Assembly: GCA_013265495.1 (NCBI GenBank)
Contig: MU063753.1
Span: forward strand, 1,345,737-1,409,736
Direction: 5' to 3'
From: Vicugna vicugna
Lineage: Eukaryota
DNA length: 64,000 bases
In this document: positions 25,997 to 38,856 of the stretch, piece after piece
Numbering within the stretch: the first letter of the stretch is position 1
Layout: each line of letters starts with the position of its first letter
The notes under the pieces: model-generated
The model's input: only the letters and a program-made list of their open reading frames with translations
Databases searched by the model: none
What the model was told of the DNA's origin: nothing
Made by a program: the position numbers and the translations under genes

Positions 25997-26184
25997 CTAG
26001 AGGAAAGAAAATTAGCATGAGAAACTCATCCACCCCTATACAATGCACACTTGATGCGCAGAAATGGTAATCTGTTCCTCCCTATAGCCAAACACTTGAC
26101 TGAACCAAAGCACCAGAGTAAATGTGTTAGAACCAGAGCACAGCCAGATCCACACAATCCAAAACAAAGAAAGAAAATAGAACA

Positions 26185-26770
26185 CTGGCTGTTCATAGCA
26201 GCACTATATACAATAGCCAAGACATGGAAGCAACCTAAATGTCCATCAACAGATGACTGGATAAAGAAGTTGTGGTATGTTTATAAGATGGAATATTATT
26301 CAGCCATTAAAAAGAATAATGCCATTTGCAGCAACATAGATGGACCTAGAGACTGTCATTCTAAGTGAAGTAAGCCAGAAAGAGAAAAATACCATGATAT
26401 CACTCGTATATGGAATCTTAAAAAAAAGAAAGAAAAGAAAAAGAAAAAAGAGGATACTATGAACTCATCTACAAAACAGAAATAAACTCGAAGGCATAGT
26501 AAACAATCTAATGGTCCCTGTGGAAAGGGGGTGCGAAGGGATAAATTTGAGAGTTTGAGATTTACAAATGTTAGCCACTATATATAAAAATAGATTTAAA
26601 AAACAAGTTTCTTCTGTATAACACAGGGAACTATATTCAATTATCTTGTAATAACTTTAAATAAAAAAGAATATGAAAACAAACATATGCATGTATATGC
26701 ATGACTAGGACATTGTGCTGTGCACCAGAAATTGACACATTGTAACTGACTATACTTCAGTTAAAAAAAA
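26185..26770 (+). mobile_element. 5'-truncated young LINE-1 with a 19-bp TSD
   Basis: aaagaaagaaaatagaaca at 26166-26184 and 26771-26789. L1 ORF2 end (FIAALYTIAKTWKQPKCPS) and 3' terminus ccagaaattgacacattgtaactgactatacttc. Confidence 0.92.
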
Positions 26771-27510
26771 AAAGAAAGAAAATAGAACATTGACTTTTTT
26801 AGTTAACAGCTGCTATTAACTCAGACTTAAAGATAAAAAGTGTATGTAAATCAGTACCTAACAAGAATTAATTCTGCAAGATTAACTGGAGGTTCTTTGG
26901 CCTAAACTTCAAGTATTTAAAAAATGGGCAGATTGCTTTATTTATTCTACTTATCACAAATCTCCAGAAAGGTAACATTTTTGCATCACACATAGTTCTA
27001 CTTCAAATGTTTAGATAGTTCTTGGATTTAAATGGCTCTGACAGGTTTTTAGAATTTGTATAAGATTGGCTCCATTTGTGGAGAAGCGGCCTATCTACAA
27101 ATATATATGTATATAAAACACACACATATACACTTTGAAGTCAGAACCCCTAATACTGCTGAACTCTAGTGGAAACATTGTACCAAATTACTGTTTCAGG
27201 GGGTCAGCACATACAGCCTAAATACTCAAAGGCAATATCCTGTCTGTAAGCTCTTGATCTGCCAATTCAACTAAAAAGTTCAAGTGTACTTTTTCTAAAT
27301 GCAAGGTCTCAGATGGAGAACACATCTGAAAATACTAGTTTGAAAATAGGGATGAATGCTTTGAGATTAAATGTTCTCTCTGTAATCACTGATTCTACAG
27401 GCAGCACTGAATGAACAAATAATAAGTTCCATAGAGCCCACAAAGATGTTAAAAGCATTTTTTATCTCACATTTCCCTTTACTTATATGGGTGTCAAATA
27501 AGTATAGGAC

Positions 27511-27748
27511 AGTATAATGGTTGGGAGGAAGGACCCTGGCGCCAGGCTGCCCCAGATCAATTCCTAACCCTGCCACTTACTAGTTATTTGTACTTGGAGT
27601 AGTCAGTTACTAACTTTTCTGTGCCTCAACACCTCATCAGTAAAATGAAGATAATAATAATATCTATCTCATAAGGTTACTGTATAGATTAAATGAGTTA
27701 ATACATGTAAAGCACTTAGGTTTTTTGTGGCACACTATAAATACTGTA
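27511..27748 (+). mobile_element. MIR SINE (one of many in the window)
   Basis: MIR core ctgccacttactag...ttttctgtgcctca...ctcatcagtaaaatgaagataataata...gtaaagcacttag. Confidence 0.8.
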
Positions 27749-28064
27749 TAAGGGACACTATATTACTACCTATATTACTACCATCAATACTATCACAACA
27801 ACACAAGGAGAATGGGAAATAATTTTAGTGTTTTTTATCACTCTGAAGCCTCTGTGCTACAGAAGTTATTTACCCAACAAGGATATAAGCTATCTTTAAG
27901 CAAAAAGAAAATTGTTAATTGGTAAAACAGCACACAGAAAAAGTATAAATCAAGCCAAGGAGAAAGAACCACTTCTGCTTTTAACTCATTTATATGTGCC
28001 TGACAACAGAACTGCATTCTTACACCTGAATACTGATGGAATCTTATTAAATCACAGGGAGCCT

Positions 28065-28241
28065 GGGGGGGGTGTATATATATATATATATATATATATC
28101 TCAAGTGGTAGAGCTCATGCTTTGCTGCACGAGGTCCTGGGTTCAATCCCCAGTATCTCTTCTAAAAATAAATAAACCTAATTACTGCCCCCCTCCAGCC
28201 AAAATAAAATAATTAAATAATATAATAATAAATAAATAAAA
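28065..28241 (+). mobile_element. tRNA-Ala-derived SINE, copy c, with an internal (TA)12
   Basis: GGGGGGGGTG(TA)12TCTCAAGTGGTAGAGC...GGTTCAATCCCCAGT...AAACCTAATTAC followed by an A-rich tail. Confidence 0.85.
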
Positions 28242-29134
28242 GTATTTTTAAAAAATCACAGGGTATCCTTTTCTTTGTATTTTGAACAACACTTCCCTCA
28301 AACATTATAAAGTACAGCAGGGAATACTGTATTCTGGGGTCTCCTGTGCAAATTAAGAAAACTAAAGGAGGAAAAAAGAATTAATAACTGTATGTTCCTC
28401 TCCTTTTCCCACAGCCTTTAGCTGGCTCTGTTGTAGCTTACATTTCAAATGACTCAATATTAAAGAACTTACACAGCAACAACTTGATTTTGCCAACAGA
28501 GGAGTTCTGACCTCTATAAGTGGATTCTCATTTTTAACACTGAGATTAATGTTCAGAAAATGCATAGCTGCAAATGTATAATTACCACTCACCACCTCCA
28601 AAAAAGGATGTAAACATCTCTACTAGCACATTCTATCAGCTATGTAGACAAATTTGTAGATTTTCATCCTGTTCTGCCTTTACGTGTATTTTCCAGAGCC
28701 CCTTAAAATGGCAATATTTAACAGACAAATGCATAAACATAATCAAACAGAAGGTAACCCCAGAACTAGGCTCACCGTATTTACTAAAGGAAGTGGACTA
28801 TTGTACTGTTTATGGTATATATACAAATGCCAATGAATATCAGGAAGAGTATTAATAGTTTAAGCAAAGCAGAGTTCTTGCTCAAAGTTAACAAACTAAA
28901 AATCGTAACTACATCTTCGTTAGCAATGTAAATTGTCATCTTTGAGTGACTTGTTAACCCTTTGTTTCCTATACCATCAGATTAATAGAAACTGGGCATA
29001 AAGATATGGGTGATATTAACTAGATATCAGATGATTAAAAATGGTTAATTTTAGATATAATATGGTTATGTTAAAAAAAAAAAGAACCCTCAACTTCGAG
29101 GTATACAGTGTACTGAAGTACATGATAAATGAAA

Positions 29135-29285
29135 GTAGAGAACAGTGTATAGCTTAGTAGTAGACTGTGTGCATAATGTGCACAAGGTCCTGGGTTCAAT
29201 CCCAGTCCCTTCATTAAAAAATTAAATAATTAAATAAATAAGCAAACAAACCTAATTTCCTACCCCCTCTCACCAAAAAAAGAAA
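29135..29285 (+). mobile_element. tRNA-Ala-derived SINE, copy d (more diverged)
   Basis: GTGTATAGCTTAGTAGTAG...GGTCCTGGGTTCAATCCCAGT...AAACCTAATTTCC. Confidence 0.8.
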
Positions 29286-29304
29286 GTATATATCTTTTTT
29301 AAAA

Positions 29305-29640
29305 AAAGAAATTGGATCCACAGAGAGAAAGGATTGGTGATTGCCAGAAGTGGAGGTGTAGCACGGACAAAATGGGTAAAGGGAGTCAAAAGGTACAAGC
29401 GTCCAGTTATAAGATAAGTCACAAGAACGTAATGTTTATCATGCTGACTACAGTTAATAATACTGTACTGCATATTTGAAAGCTGTTCATCCAAAGAGAA
29501 AAAATAACTATGAATGATGATGGATGTTAACTAGACTTATCATGGTGATCACCTCACAATATATACAAATGTCAAATCATTATGTTTTATGCCTGACACT
29601 ATATAATGTATGCCAATTGTTTATACCTCAATTTTAAAAA
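29305..29640 (+). mobile_element. Old LINE-1 3' end
   Basis: ggtgattgccagaagtgg...aaaaggtacaagcgtccagttataag...tttatacctcaatt. Confidence 0.7.
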
Positions 29641-30485
29641 ATTATAGAGCTGACTCAAGGTTGTGTCTGTGATGTTCACTCTTTTCCATTATAATATGAC
29701 TTATTTTGACAGTTAGATATGTTGTTACAGTTGTGCTTAGAAGTGACTGTGCAACTTGTGATCACAGTAACAATGCATTTTAAAATTTTACCCATGAATA
29801 AATTGTTAACAAGCAAGGATAGATGAAAGGCATATGTAAAGTATATCTATATCTGCATGGCACAAGAGCAAGAATGATGCTGAGAACATATTTGTTACCA
29901 ATGACACAAGAGTTACAGACCACTGAATCAAAGACACAGCAAAGATGCAAGTAAAATTTGCAAAACATTATTTGTATTAATAACGTTTGTTTGCTTTTTT
30001 AATAGAAAAAAGTTTAAATATTGTAAATCAACTATACTTTGATTTAAAAACTAATTAAGTTTATGATGACTGGGGTCTGCCTTCCAGTAATAGGGGAGGA
30101 AGGTCAAAGTATAATTGGAACAACAATGGCCAAGTGTTCATAATTTTGGGGGCTAGATGATAGACACATGGCCGTTTGACTACTATTTACCCTATTTAAT
30201 GTTAGAAAATTTCCAGAACAAAAAGACTCTTTAAAAAAAAAAAGTCTTTAANNNNNNNNNNNNNNNNNNNNNNNNNNNNNNNNNNNNNNNNNNNNNNNNN
30301 NNNNNNNNNNNNNNNNNNNNNNNNNNNNNNNNNNNNNNNNNNNNNNNNNNNNNNNNNNNNNNNNNNNNNNNNNNNNNNNNNNNNNNNNNNNNNNNNNNNN
30401 NNNNNNNNNNNNNNNNNNNNNNNNNNNNNNNNNNNNNNNNNNNNNNNNNNNNNNNNNNNNNNNNNNNNNNNNNNNNNNNNNNNNN

Positions 30486-30985
30486 GGGAGTTGAACAGAT
30501 ACTTATACAGTCATGTTTATAGCAGCATTATTCACAATAGCCAAAAGGTGAAAGCAGCCCAAGTATCCATCACAGATACATGGATAAACAAATTGTGTGA
30601 TCCATACATACAATGGAGTATTATTCAGCCTTAAAAAGAAAGGAAATTCTAATACTTGCCATAACATGGATGAACCCTGAAGACATGCTAAGTGAAATAA
30701 GCTAGTCACAAAAGGTCTAATATTGTTTGATTCCACTTATATGACACACATAGAGTAGCCAAATTTCAAGACAGAGTAGAATGGTGGTTGCCAGGGGCTA
30801 AGGCAGAGAGGAATGGGAAGTTAGTGTTTAACAGGAACAGAACTTCAGCATGGGAAGATGAAAAAGTCCTGGAGATGGAGAGAAATAGTGGTTGCAGAAC
30901 AATATGAAAGTGCTTAATGTCAATGAAATGGTTAAATGGTAAGTTTTATGGTATGCATATTTTTCCACAATAATTAAAAAAAGAC
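30486..30985 (+). mobile_element. Old LINE-1 3' end (L1MA/MB-like)
   Basis: catgtttatagcagcattattcacaatagccaaaaggtgaaagcagccc...acatggatgaaccctgaagac. Confidence 0.8.
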
Positions 30986-32260
30986 TTAATGATAGATTTT
31001 GGGTACAATAAGAAACTAATGAATATTAGCAATGAAATAAAAATCAAAAATTTGTTCAATTTTTCAATTCTTTTGGATATATATCCAGAAGTAGAATTGC
31101 AGAATCACATGACATTTTTCAAAATCACTGAAAATTATTTCAAAATAATATTACATTTCTAGAACTGAGTTGTGGTTACACAGGTATTTTCACTTTTTTT
31201 CCCATTTTTTGATAACTTACTGAATTGTACAGTTATGAATTATGTGTTTTACAGTGTAAATTATTTATCAATTAAAATCATACTGCTTAGCAATATTTTA
31301 CACATTTGCACTAAGGATAAATAACTAAATAAACCTAGAAACCAATCAGTTTTGTAAATGTCACATTTCGTCCATAAAAGCATTCATAGTATAAATGCCA
31401 CAATCAGGCTCATAATTTTATTACCTGCCTAGAAAATATCATTCCACCAGAATAGGGTAGGTTTATAGTTGACTGCCCTATATTTTGCCTATTTTCCAAC
31501 TTTAATTCTAGTTTCAGTGTGACTCTACCTATAGAAAGGTCAGCTCTGGGTGCTAGAAGAGCTAAATGGATTTGTGTTACCTTTGAAAGGCAGCATGTCA
31601 CTGTGTTCCATTTCCCATTCTCCCAGAGGACACCTGTGAGCCATGTACACAGAAATGACTGGATAAAATGCTTCTCTGCACAAATCAGATTTTGACAATA
31701 CTAAGGGACCTCTGGCCTCTTTGTGAGGCTTGATAACTGAAATACTCTGAGAAACTGCAGGTTTAACCTACTTAGCCAATTATCATCAAAACTGACTTAT
31801 CTCAGCAAACATCTACTGAGAGTCTACTATGTGCCAGGTACTCTGCAAAATGTTAGGCATGCATGGACTAAGATAGGGTCACTGCCCTCAAGGAGTCCAA
31901 GCTAACTATCCAAGAAACACAGATACAGACAACTGTACTATCAGGAGAAAAGTGATATAAAAAGCTTATAAGAGAAATATTAAAAATTAACTATATAATC
32001 TTCTCTAAATATCATGATTATTAAATCAATGTTCTAGATAATTAACTGCGTACTAGATATTATGTTCTAAATATTTATTTCTAGCCTGAAAATTTTTTGA
32101 GAAAAAGGCCACAAAAAAAGGCTGAAATAACCCAAACTCTCCAAACCAATAGAGCTGAAGTGCCCAGAGGAACTAATCCAGGTGAGGGAAATCTACAACA
32201 GAGACCTAGAGGAAAACCAGTAGAGAGTTGTGGTTACAAACAGCAAGTGAATTAATCCAA

Positions 32261-32430
32261 AGGAGACATTTGGCAACATCCAGAAACATTTTTGGTTGTC
32301 ACAACTCAGGGGTGGAGGTGCTATTGCTACCTAGTAGGTAGAGGTCAGGGATGCTGCCAAACATCCTAAGATACACAAAAACTTCTGCCCCTACCACAAA
32401 GAATCATCCAGCCCCCAAGTGTCAACAGTC
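32261..32430 (+). mobile_element. MER20 fragment
   Basis: gacatttggcaac...acatttttggttgtcacaact...gtaggtagaggtcagggatgctgccaaacatcct. Confidence 0.75.
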
Positions 32431-32719
32431 CCAAATTTCTTTGGATAAGGATCCAAAGAACTTTTAACCTTGGAAAAACACCTCAAAATATTTAAGCATA
32501 CAACCAAAGTCCCATTCATTAAGCTCCAACCCTTTGGGGCTGTCATGCTGTAGGGTAGCCCTAATGAGTATGCTATTCAGCAGTGGCACTGGGCAGATCC
32601 TGAAACTCAGAGTTGGGGCTGGCTATGATGCACTAACACAGGGGTCTACAAGCAAAAGGTAAAACTGCTCTCCCCCTCAGTATATATAGTTCCATCCCCT
32701 CAAGTTAACTTCCCCCTTT

Positions 32720-34235
32720 TGACTTCATTTACTTCTCAATTCAAATTAGATCCTGAAGTCCCTCCATCACTTTCTTGTCTTGAAAACCACAATCTTGGAT
32801 TACGAATCAATATAACTATCCATCCACCTTCTCTACTGGCTCCTCCCCTACTCCACTGCTCCATGGATATCTCATTCACTGAGATCACCAAGGAATCCTG
32901 ACTGCCAAATACAACACTATTCTACTAAGCTCTCAAAACATGTAATGGAAAATGCAACAATCTGATACTCCTGAGCTCCCCTTCATAAATCATTCTCCTT
33001 TGGGGCTTCAAATGGCACCATCTTCTCTAGGTTTTCTTCCTATCTCAGTAGACCTTCCTTGGTTTCCTTTACTGAGGCCAGCCAGTGACCCACTAGTGAT
33101 GTCTCATGGGAACAATACTGAGAAATGGCAGTCTTTATGGCATCTACTTACCACTTCTGATCTATAAATTCTCTCTGTGTGACCCCCCCCGATGCCTTCT
33201 AAAGCCATTTTTTGTTCTGATAACTCCCAAAATTCGTAACTCCCAAAATCCATATCTGCAGTCCAGTCCTCTCTAACTTATTTAACTGCCTAGTTGATAT
33301 CTCCATCATCAATGAGAGACATATAACATAATGAAGTGGTTAACAGTAAGGACTCCAGAGTCAGATTGCCAGGATTTAAATCCTGGCTTCACAACTTACT
33401 AGCTATGTAACTCTAGGCAAGATATTTAACCTCTCTGTGCCTCAAATTTCTTACCTATAAAGTAAAAAAGATCTTAAATTTAACCTCAAAAGGAGGATTA
33501 TGAGAATTAAATAGTCAATGCATACAAAGCATATGAAATAGGCCTGCTCTATGGGAAGAAGTCAGTAAATGTTAGGGAGCTGTATCATCATCACCCCAAA
33601 ACAGGCACTTAGCTGAAATGCTATGTCCAAAACTGACCTCCTTATCTTCCCACCCACACTTGAGAGAACCACCTAGATAATCAAACCAAAAACCTAGAAG
33701 TGATCCTAGTATCTCTGCCTGACTATCTGTCTGTCTCTCTCCCCTCTCATTTCCAATCTATTTCAACTTCTATCCATACTAGTTCCTTAAATTATCTCAA
33801 TGCTTACCACCATAACATTTCCTACTGCCATTACATCAATTGAAGGTTTCATGATTTCTCAACTGGACTGTTCCATCAGCTTCCTCAGTGGTCTTCCTTC
33901 CTTTAGGGTATAACCCCTCCAATTTATGTCCACACTGCAGGCAGTGATCTTTCTAAAACAAAAATCTGGTCTCATCTAGCCCCAAACTCTTTAGTATTAC
34001 CTCTCATGAAAGCCTGCCTTGAGGTCTCTTCCCTGTCCTCCCCAATCCATGCTTGTCCTCTAAGCTCCCACATTACCCTGCATTTATCTCTATCACAAAA
34101 CTTGCTGTAAATGTGAAATGTTTTGATCTTCCCCACTAGACTACAAGTTCTACAAGAGCAGAAACTGTGCATTTTATCTCTAGTCCCAGCATCTAGCACA
34201 GGTGTCTAATACATAGAATACACTCAACAAATACT
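32720..34235 (+). mobile_element. L2 remnant interrupted by a MIR (about 33320-33575)
   Basis: L2-type 3' end agcatctagcacaggtgtctaatacatagaatacactcaacaaata; the MIR core lies inside it. Confidence 0.6.
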
Positions 34236-36810
34236 CTGTGCTGGAGGTACAGAGTGTTAGACGCTATGCTAAGAGTTTCACACCCTATGAAGTTATGTTG
34301 CCTCATTTTACTAGTGAGGAAATAGAAATGCAGGCACATTAGGTAACCAGCCAGAAGTCATACAGCTAGTTATTGGCAGAGACAAACAGAATCCATGTCT
34401 TCTGACTTCACGGTCAGTGTTCTTTCCCCACTACATTTCAAATCTTTACTTTGTTCAAATCAGCTTTGTGACCTGGGAAAGTCAGTTTTCACTCTTGTAA
34501 ACTCAAGTTCCTCACATCTAACATTCCTTCTAGATTTAACAGTCCAAGCTTCGGGGAGTTTTGGAGTGGGGTTGGGGGTGAAGGAAAAAATCATTTTTTA
34601 CTTTTGCCAGAAAGTTGCTTTTCCTTTTTGATTAAAGGAATTTGAATTGGTTATTCAACTGAAGAGATGTTGAAGAGCAGAGAAAAAGTCAGTCTCTTGG
34701 CTAATTTTTTTCTCAATGAAAGGATGAATCTTAAAAATGTGCACTTTACTAGGTTAAAAAGAATGAAATAGCTGCAGGAACATCATGGCAGGCAACTACT
34801 TCTTTTAGCTTTGTTTAGCAGAGATTCAACTATAGACATGCTGAATGAATTAGATGCCCACAAAGCAGGAGAATCTGTACTCGACCTGCTGAGTCAATAA
34901 GAGGGGTGATTTGGAACTTATAGTGCAAATCATGGTTTTTATTTTCCTATGGCTCTCTCTCTTTAAAGGAAAAGGGACTAAAATCACACAAGGCCATGCT
35001 TATCAAATTAAGAAGTACCTACATAATACGTATGTGATGTATTCTAGAGCATCAATCTTACTCAGTGGCAAAAAGAATTTGAAACATTTTTACATCTAAA
35101 TAAATATAGACAGATTAGGGCAGAGAATGCAAAATTAGCACATACTTTTAAGTTAAAACAAGAGAAACTTTGCAATGCAGAGCCTTTGCAATAGCTACTT
35201 AGAAGTACACCTGCAAACACTGGTGTAGCAAGGATATAAGGAAGTTCAGAAATCACCTATCCAGCCTGAAATTTTATACTTGAGAATACTGAGGCTCAGA
35301 GAGCTCCTCTGGCCATATAATTGATGGTAGTGGAAGCAAGACTAAAGCCTGGATGCTCTGCCTACAATACAATCCAAGCTGTTTCTGCTGCCTCTTATCA
35401 GTAGAATTTTTATCCCCATTTGACTCTGGTCTGTTTGCTTGATTGTTGAAGTAACGAATTCCTACTGAGGTGAAATTTAATTCCAGAAGCTGAGAGACTG
35501 CTACCATACACTGAACCCCTTTCAAGCTTGTCAAGAATAAGCATGACAGAAAGCTAGAAATACACACACAGACAATGCCATGTGACTATAATGCTGAGAC
35601 AGAAACAAAAGGGCTTGTTTAAGAGAAAAAATAAAGTTTCTATTCTGTGGCCATCTTTAAAGTCCGAAGATTGGCCCACTTTTGATGGTTTCAGTGATAT
35701 TTTCTCTTAGGACAGATACGACAGCATATAATAGCCGAGGGGCTCCATATTTGGAGGTGTACGACTAAGTAAGGGAAAGGAATATAGCTTATGCTATGTT
35801 GAAGCCAGAAGGTCTGGGTTCAAATCTGACTCTGCTACCCAGCTGTAGCCTTCATCCGGCAGGTTATTTCAGTATCTGGTTTCTGTCTGCCTCTGTAAAA
35901 CAGGGATAGATAATAGCAGCACCCACACTCTTCGCTGGGCTATTCTGAGGACTAGAGGTAATATATGTAAAATGTTTGAAACTGTGCCAGGCAGATGGTA
36001 AGCAGTACACAAGTACTTGATATTATCTGTATTTAATTGCTGGTGGTTAAATAAGATTTTCCTTGGCTCTCTGAGGTGATATCCCTGACTAGGTTTTGAA
36101 AAAAGGGAACCACAAAATACCAAGCTGAAAGGAGCTTTATACACTGAGATAGACAGGCACTGCATGGCCCACAAAGCCTAAAATACTTACTATCAGGAAC
36201 TTCACAGAAAAAAAGTCTGCCAATTCCCAATCAAATCCAATCAGTTTCTCCTTCTCAATATATTCAAAGAGGAAACTGAAGGCCAGGGAAGGGCAGTAAC
36301 TTTTCCAAGGTTATGTATACAGTGTGTTAGTGGCAAAGATGCGTCTAAAACTCAATTTTTCCCAGTAAATAAGACTGCCTACCAGGCTAAATAATTGGGC
36401 TAAATAAAGACCTTAAAGACTGACTATAAATTAGGAGAGAATTCTGGCACCTGAAAAGTTACACAAATCATCTAATTCGACTCAATATTTACTGAATACT
36501 AAGCCTAGGCACCAGTATTTCTAAATGCTCTCCAATTGATTCCAGTGTGCATCTGGGGGGTGAGAATCATTCTTAAAAGTATTTTGCCAGGCAGCAAGAT
36601 AAAAAAAGAGAGAGAGAGGGAGGGAGGGAACAAGGAAAATGACTGGGTAGCTAACCAAAAGTGTTCAGACCTAAGTATGCCTGGACAACACAGGATTCCA
36701 TGTTTAATCTGCATTATCTTCACACATGTGTGGAAGACTCCAAGAGAACAGAAACAGGCAGAGTGAAGGCAACGAGGCCCTGGATTTGTCCTCACTTACA
36801 ATAGAGAATC

Positions 36811-36903
36811 GGGGGAGGGTATAGTTCAGTGGTAGAACACATGTCTAGCATGCAAAAGGTCCTGGGTTCAATCTCCAGTACCAACAGAAAAAGAAGAAGA
36901 AGA
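36811..36903 (+). mobile_element. tRNA-Ala-derived SINE, copy e
   Basis: GGGGGAGGGTATAGTTCAGTGGTAGAAC...GGTTCAATCTCCAGTACC followed by an (AAG)n tail. Confidence 0.83.
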
Positions 36904-36904
36904 A

Positions 36905-38630
36905 TGCAGATTGTAACAAATGAATTCAACTGTATTACAAACGTATGACATAACCTCACTGAAGAGGGCGAAGAGCTGACCTAAGTATGACATAACCTCA
37001 CTGAAGAGGGCGAAGAGCTGACCTAAGTAACTTTACAAAACAATGTTATGATTGGATATCATGCAGCTAAAATGAACAAAAATTACTGCACACAAACATT
37101 ATACTCCAGTTGGTAAATATATTTCCCACAGAATTAACTACCTAAACTACTTTACAGGTTGTACAAATAAATAAAGAACTTAGACAAGGAGAGTCAGATT
37201 TCTCACTCTGAGAGAAAAAAGTTACAAACAAGCAAGATGGGAAAACTAGAATAAATCCTGTGGTGGGGTAGAGTCAGAGACATCAGTATAAATTCATATT
37301 TATTTTAATATATACACAAATACAGAACACAGATACTTGTATATACGTTTCCTAGCTCTTTCTACTGAAGGGGCTAGAAACAATGATATCCCAGTAGCAA
37401 CAAGCATACCCAGTACTCATACCTTGGTTTCTAAACACTGTTTACCAATAAAAGGAATCATGGCTCCTTGGAGAAACGACTGATTCCAAGGACTGGAGCA
37501 GGTCAAATTTAAGTAGAAAGCATCCTGTAATGCCAACAAGTAAGGATATGCTAAACAAACAAATATGGAGCATGCCGAAGGAAACAAGAGTTAACAAAGA
37601 GTGAAAGAGCACCCAAGAACCAAAGTTGAAATAATTTAAGCAACAAAATGAACAACTTAGTACTGGATTATAACCCAAAGAATAAAATAAATATCCATAT
37701 TGATGTAAGTAAATTATGTAAATAAATGGGAGAAAGGACAAATTGTCTTTGCAAAAGAATTTCAATTAATAAAAGTAGAAAGAATGAAGGAAATCATCAC
37801 AATAATTATAGTAAGAAAGATCCACTGAGAAGTATGAAAATGAGTAGGTGAAACTTAAAAGAAAAATAGGGTACGTGCACTGCCTCAAGTATCTCCCCTA
37901 AAATATTAATTACTGTAGTGCTTTTAACATATGCCCACAAATTCTTTGATATTCCTCCTACCAGGAGGTGGAGCTTAAATCCCCTCCCCTTCAACGTGGG
38001 CTGAACTTAGCAACTCATTTCCAACAAAGAGTACAGAAAAGGAAAGTATTTGACTTTACAATGGAGGAATCTGGCAGACACAGTCTACACCAAATGGTCA
38101 AGGTTAACATCACCAATTGATGTTGTCATGTTGATATCATGATATATTGATACCATACCTTGATATGATGCAATGAGAAGGATATGTCACCTCTCTGGTA
38201 AGCTTTCTCAAAATCCGTAATTGTGAGAAACCATCAGACAAATCTAAATTGCAAAACAATCTATAAAATAGCTGACCAGTACCCTTCAAAAAGTAACAAA
38301 GTCATGAAAGACAAGGAAAGACTGAAAAATCTGTCACAGGTTGGAGGAGACATAGGAGACGTGATGACTAAATGCAATATGGTGTCCTAGACTGGATCCT
38401 GAAACAGAAAAGGGACACTGGTAGAAAAGCTGGTGAAATCCAAAGAAAGTCTACAGTTTAGTAACAGTACTGTACTGTCAATTTCTTAGTTTTGATAAAT
38501 GTTCCATGATGATATAAGATGTTAATTTTAGAAGAAGCTGGGTGAAGGATATAAAAGAACTCTCTGTCCTATCTTTAAAGTTCATCTGTAAATCTACAAT
38601 TACTTCAAAATTTAAAAAACAACAATAATG
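36905..38630 (+). mobile_element. Ancient LINE-1 (L1MC/ME-like) 3' fragments
   Basis: Diagnostic stretches aacctcactgaag...gacctaagtaacttt, catcctgtaatgccaacaagtaagga, and ggactggatcctgaaacagaaaaggg. Boundaries approximate. Confidence 0.6.
36943..37026. repeat. Perfect tandem duplication, 2 x 42 bp
   Basis: gtatgacataacctcactgaagagggcgaagagctgacctaa at 36943-36984 and 36985-37026. Confidence 0.95.
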
Positions 38631-38635
38631 TAGAA

Positions 38636-38856
38636 CAGGGTTTCTCAACCTCAGTACAATATATTGATATTTTGAGCCAGATAATTCTCTGTTGTAAGGG
38701 GCCGTCTTATGCACAGTACGATGTTTTGCAGCATCCCTGGCCGCTCTACCCACTAGATGCCAGGAACCCAACTTCCCAGTTGTTATAACCAAAAATGTCT
38801 CCAGAGATTGCCAAGTGTCCCCTAGGGAGCAAAATTACCCCAGACTGACACCACTG
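38636..38856 (-). mobile_element. Full-length MER20 (hAT-Charlie)
   Basis: Starts cagggtttctcaacctc and ends accactg, about 220 bp; internal aaaatgtctccagagattgccaagtgtccc. Confidence 0.85.

Noticed and set aside
26051-26368. ORFs with L1 ORF2-like peptides (also 6308-6493 and 30503-30736)
   Set aside because: Fragments of truncated LINE-1 copies, not host genes.
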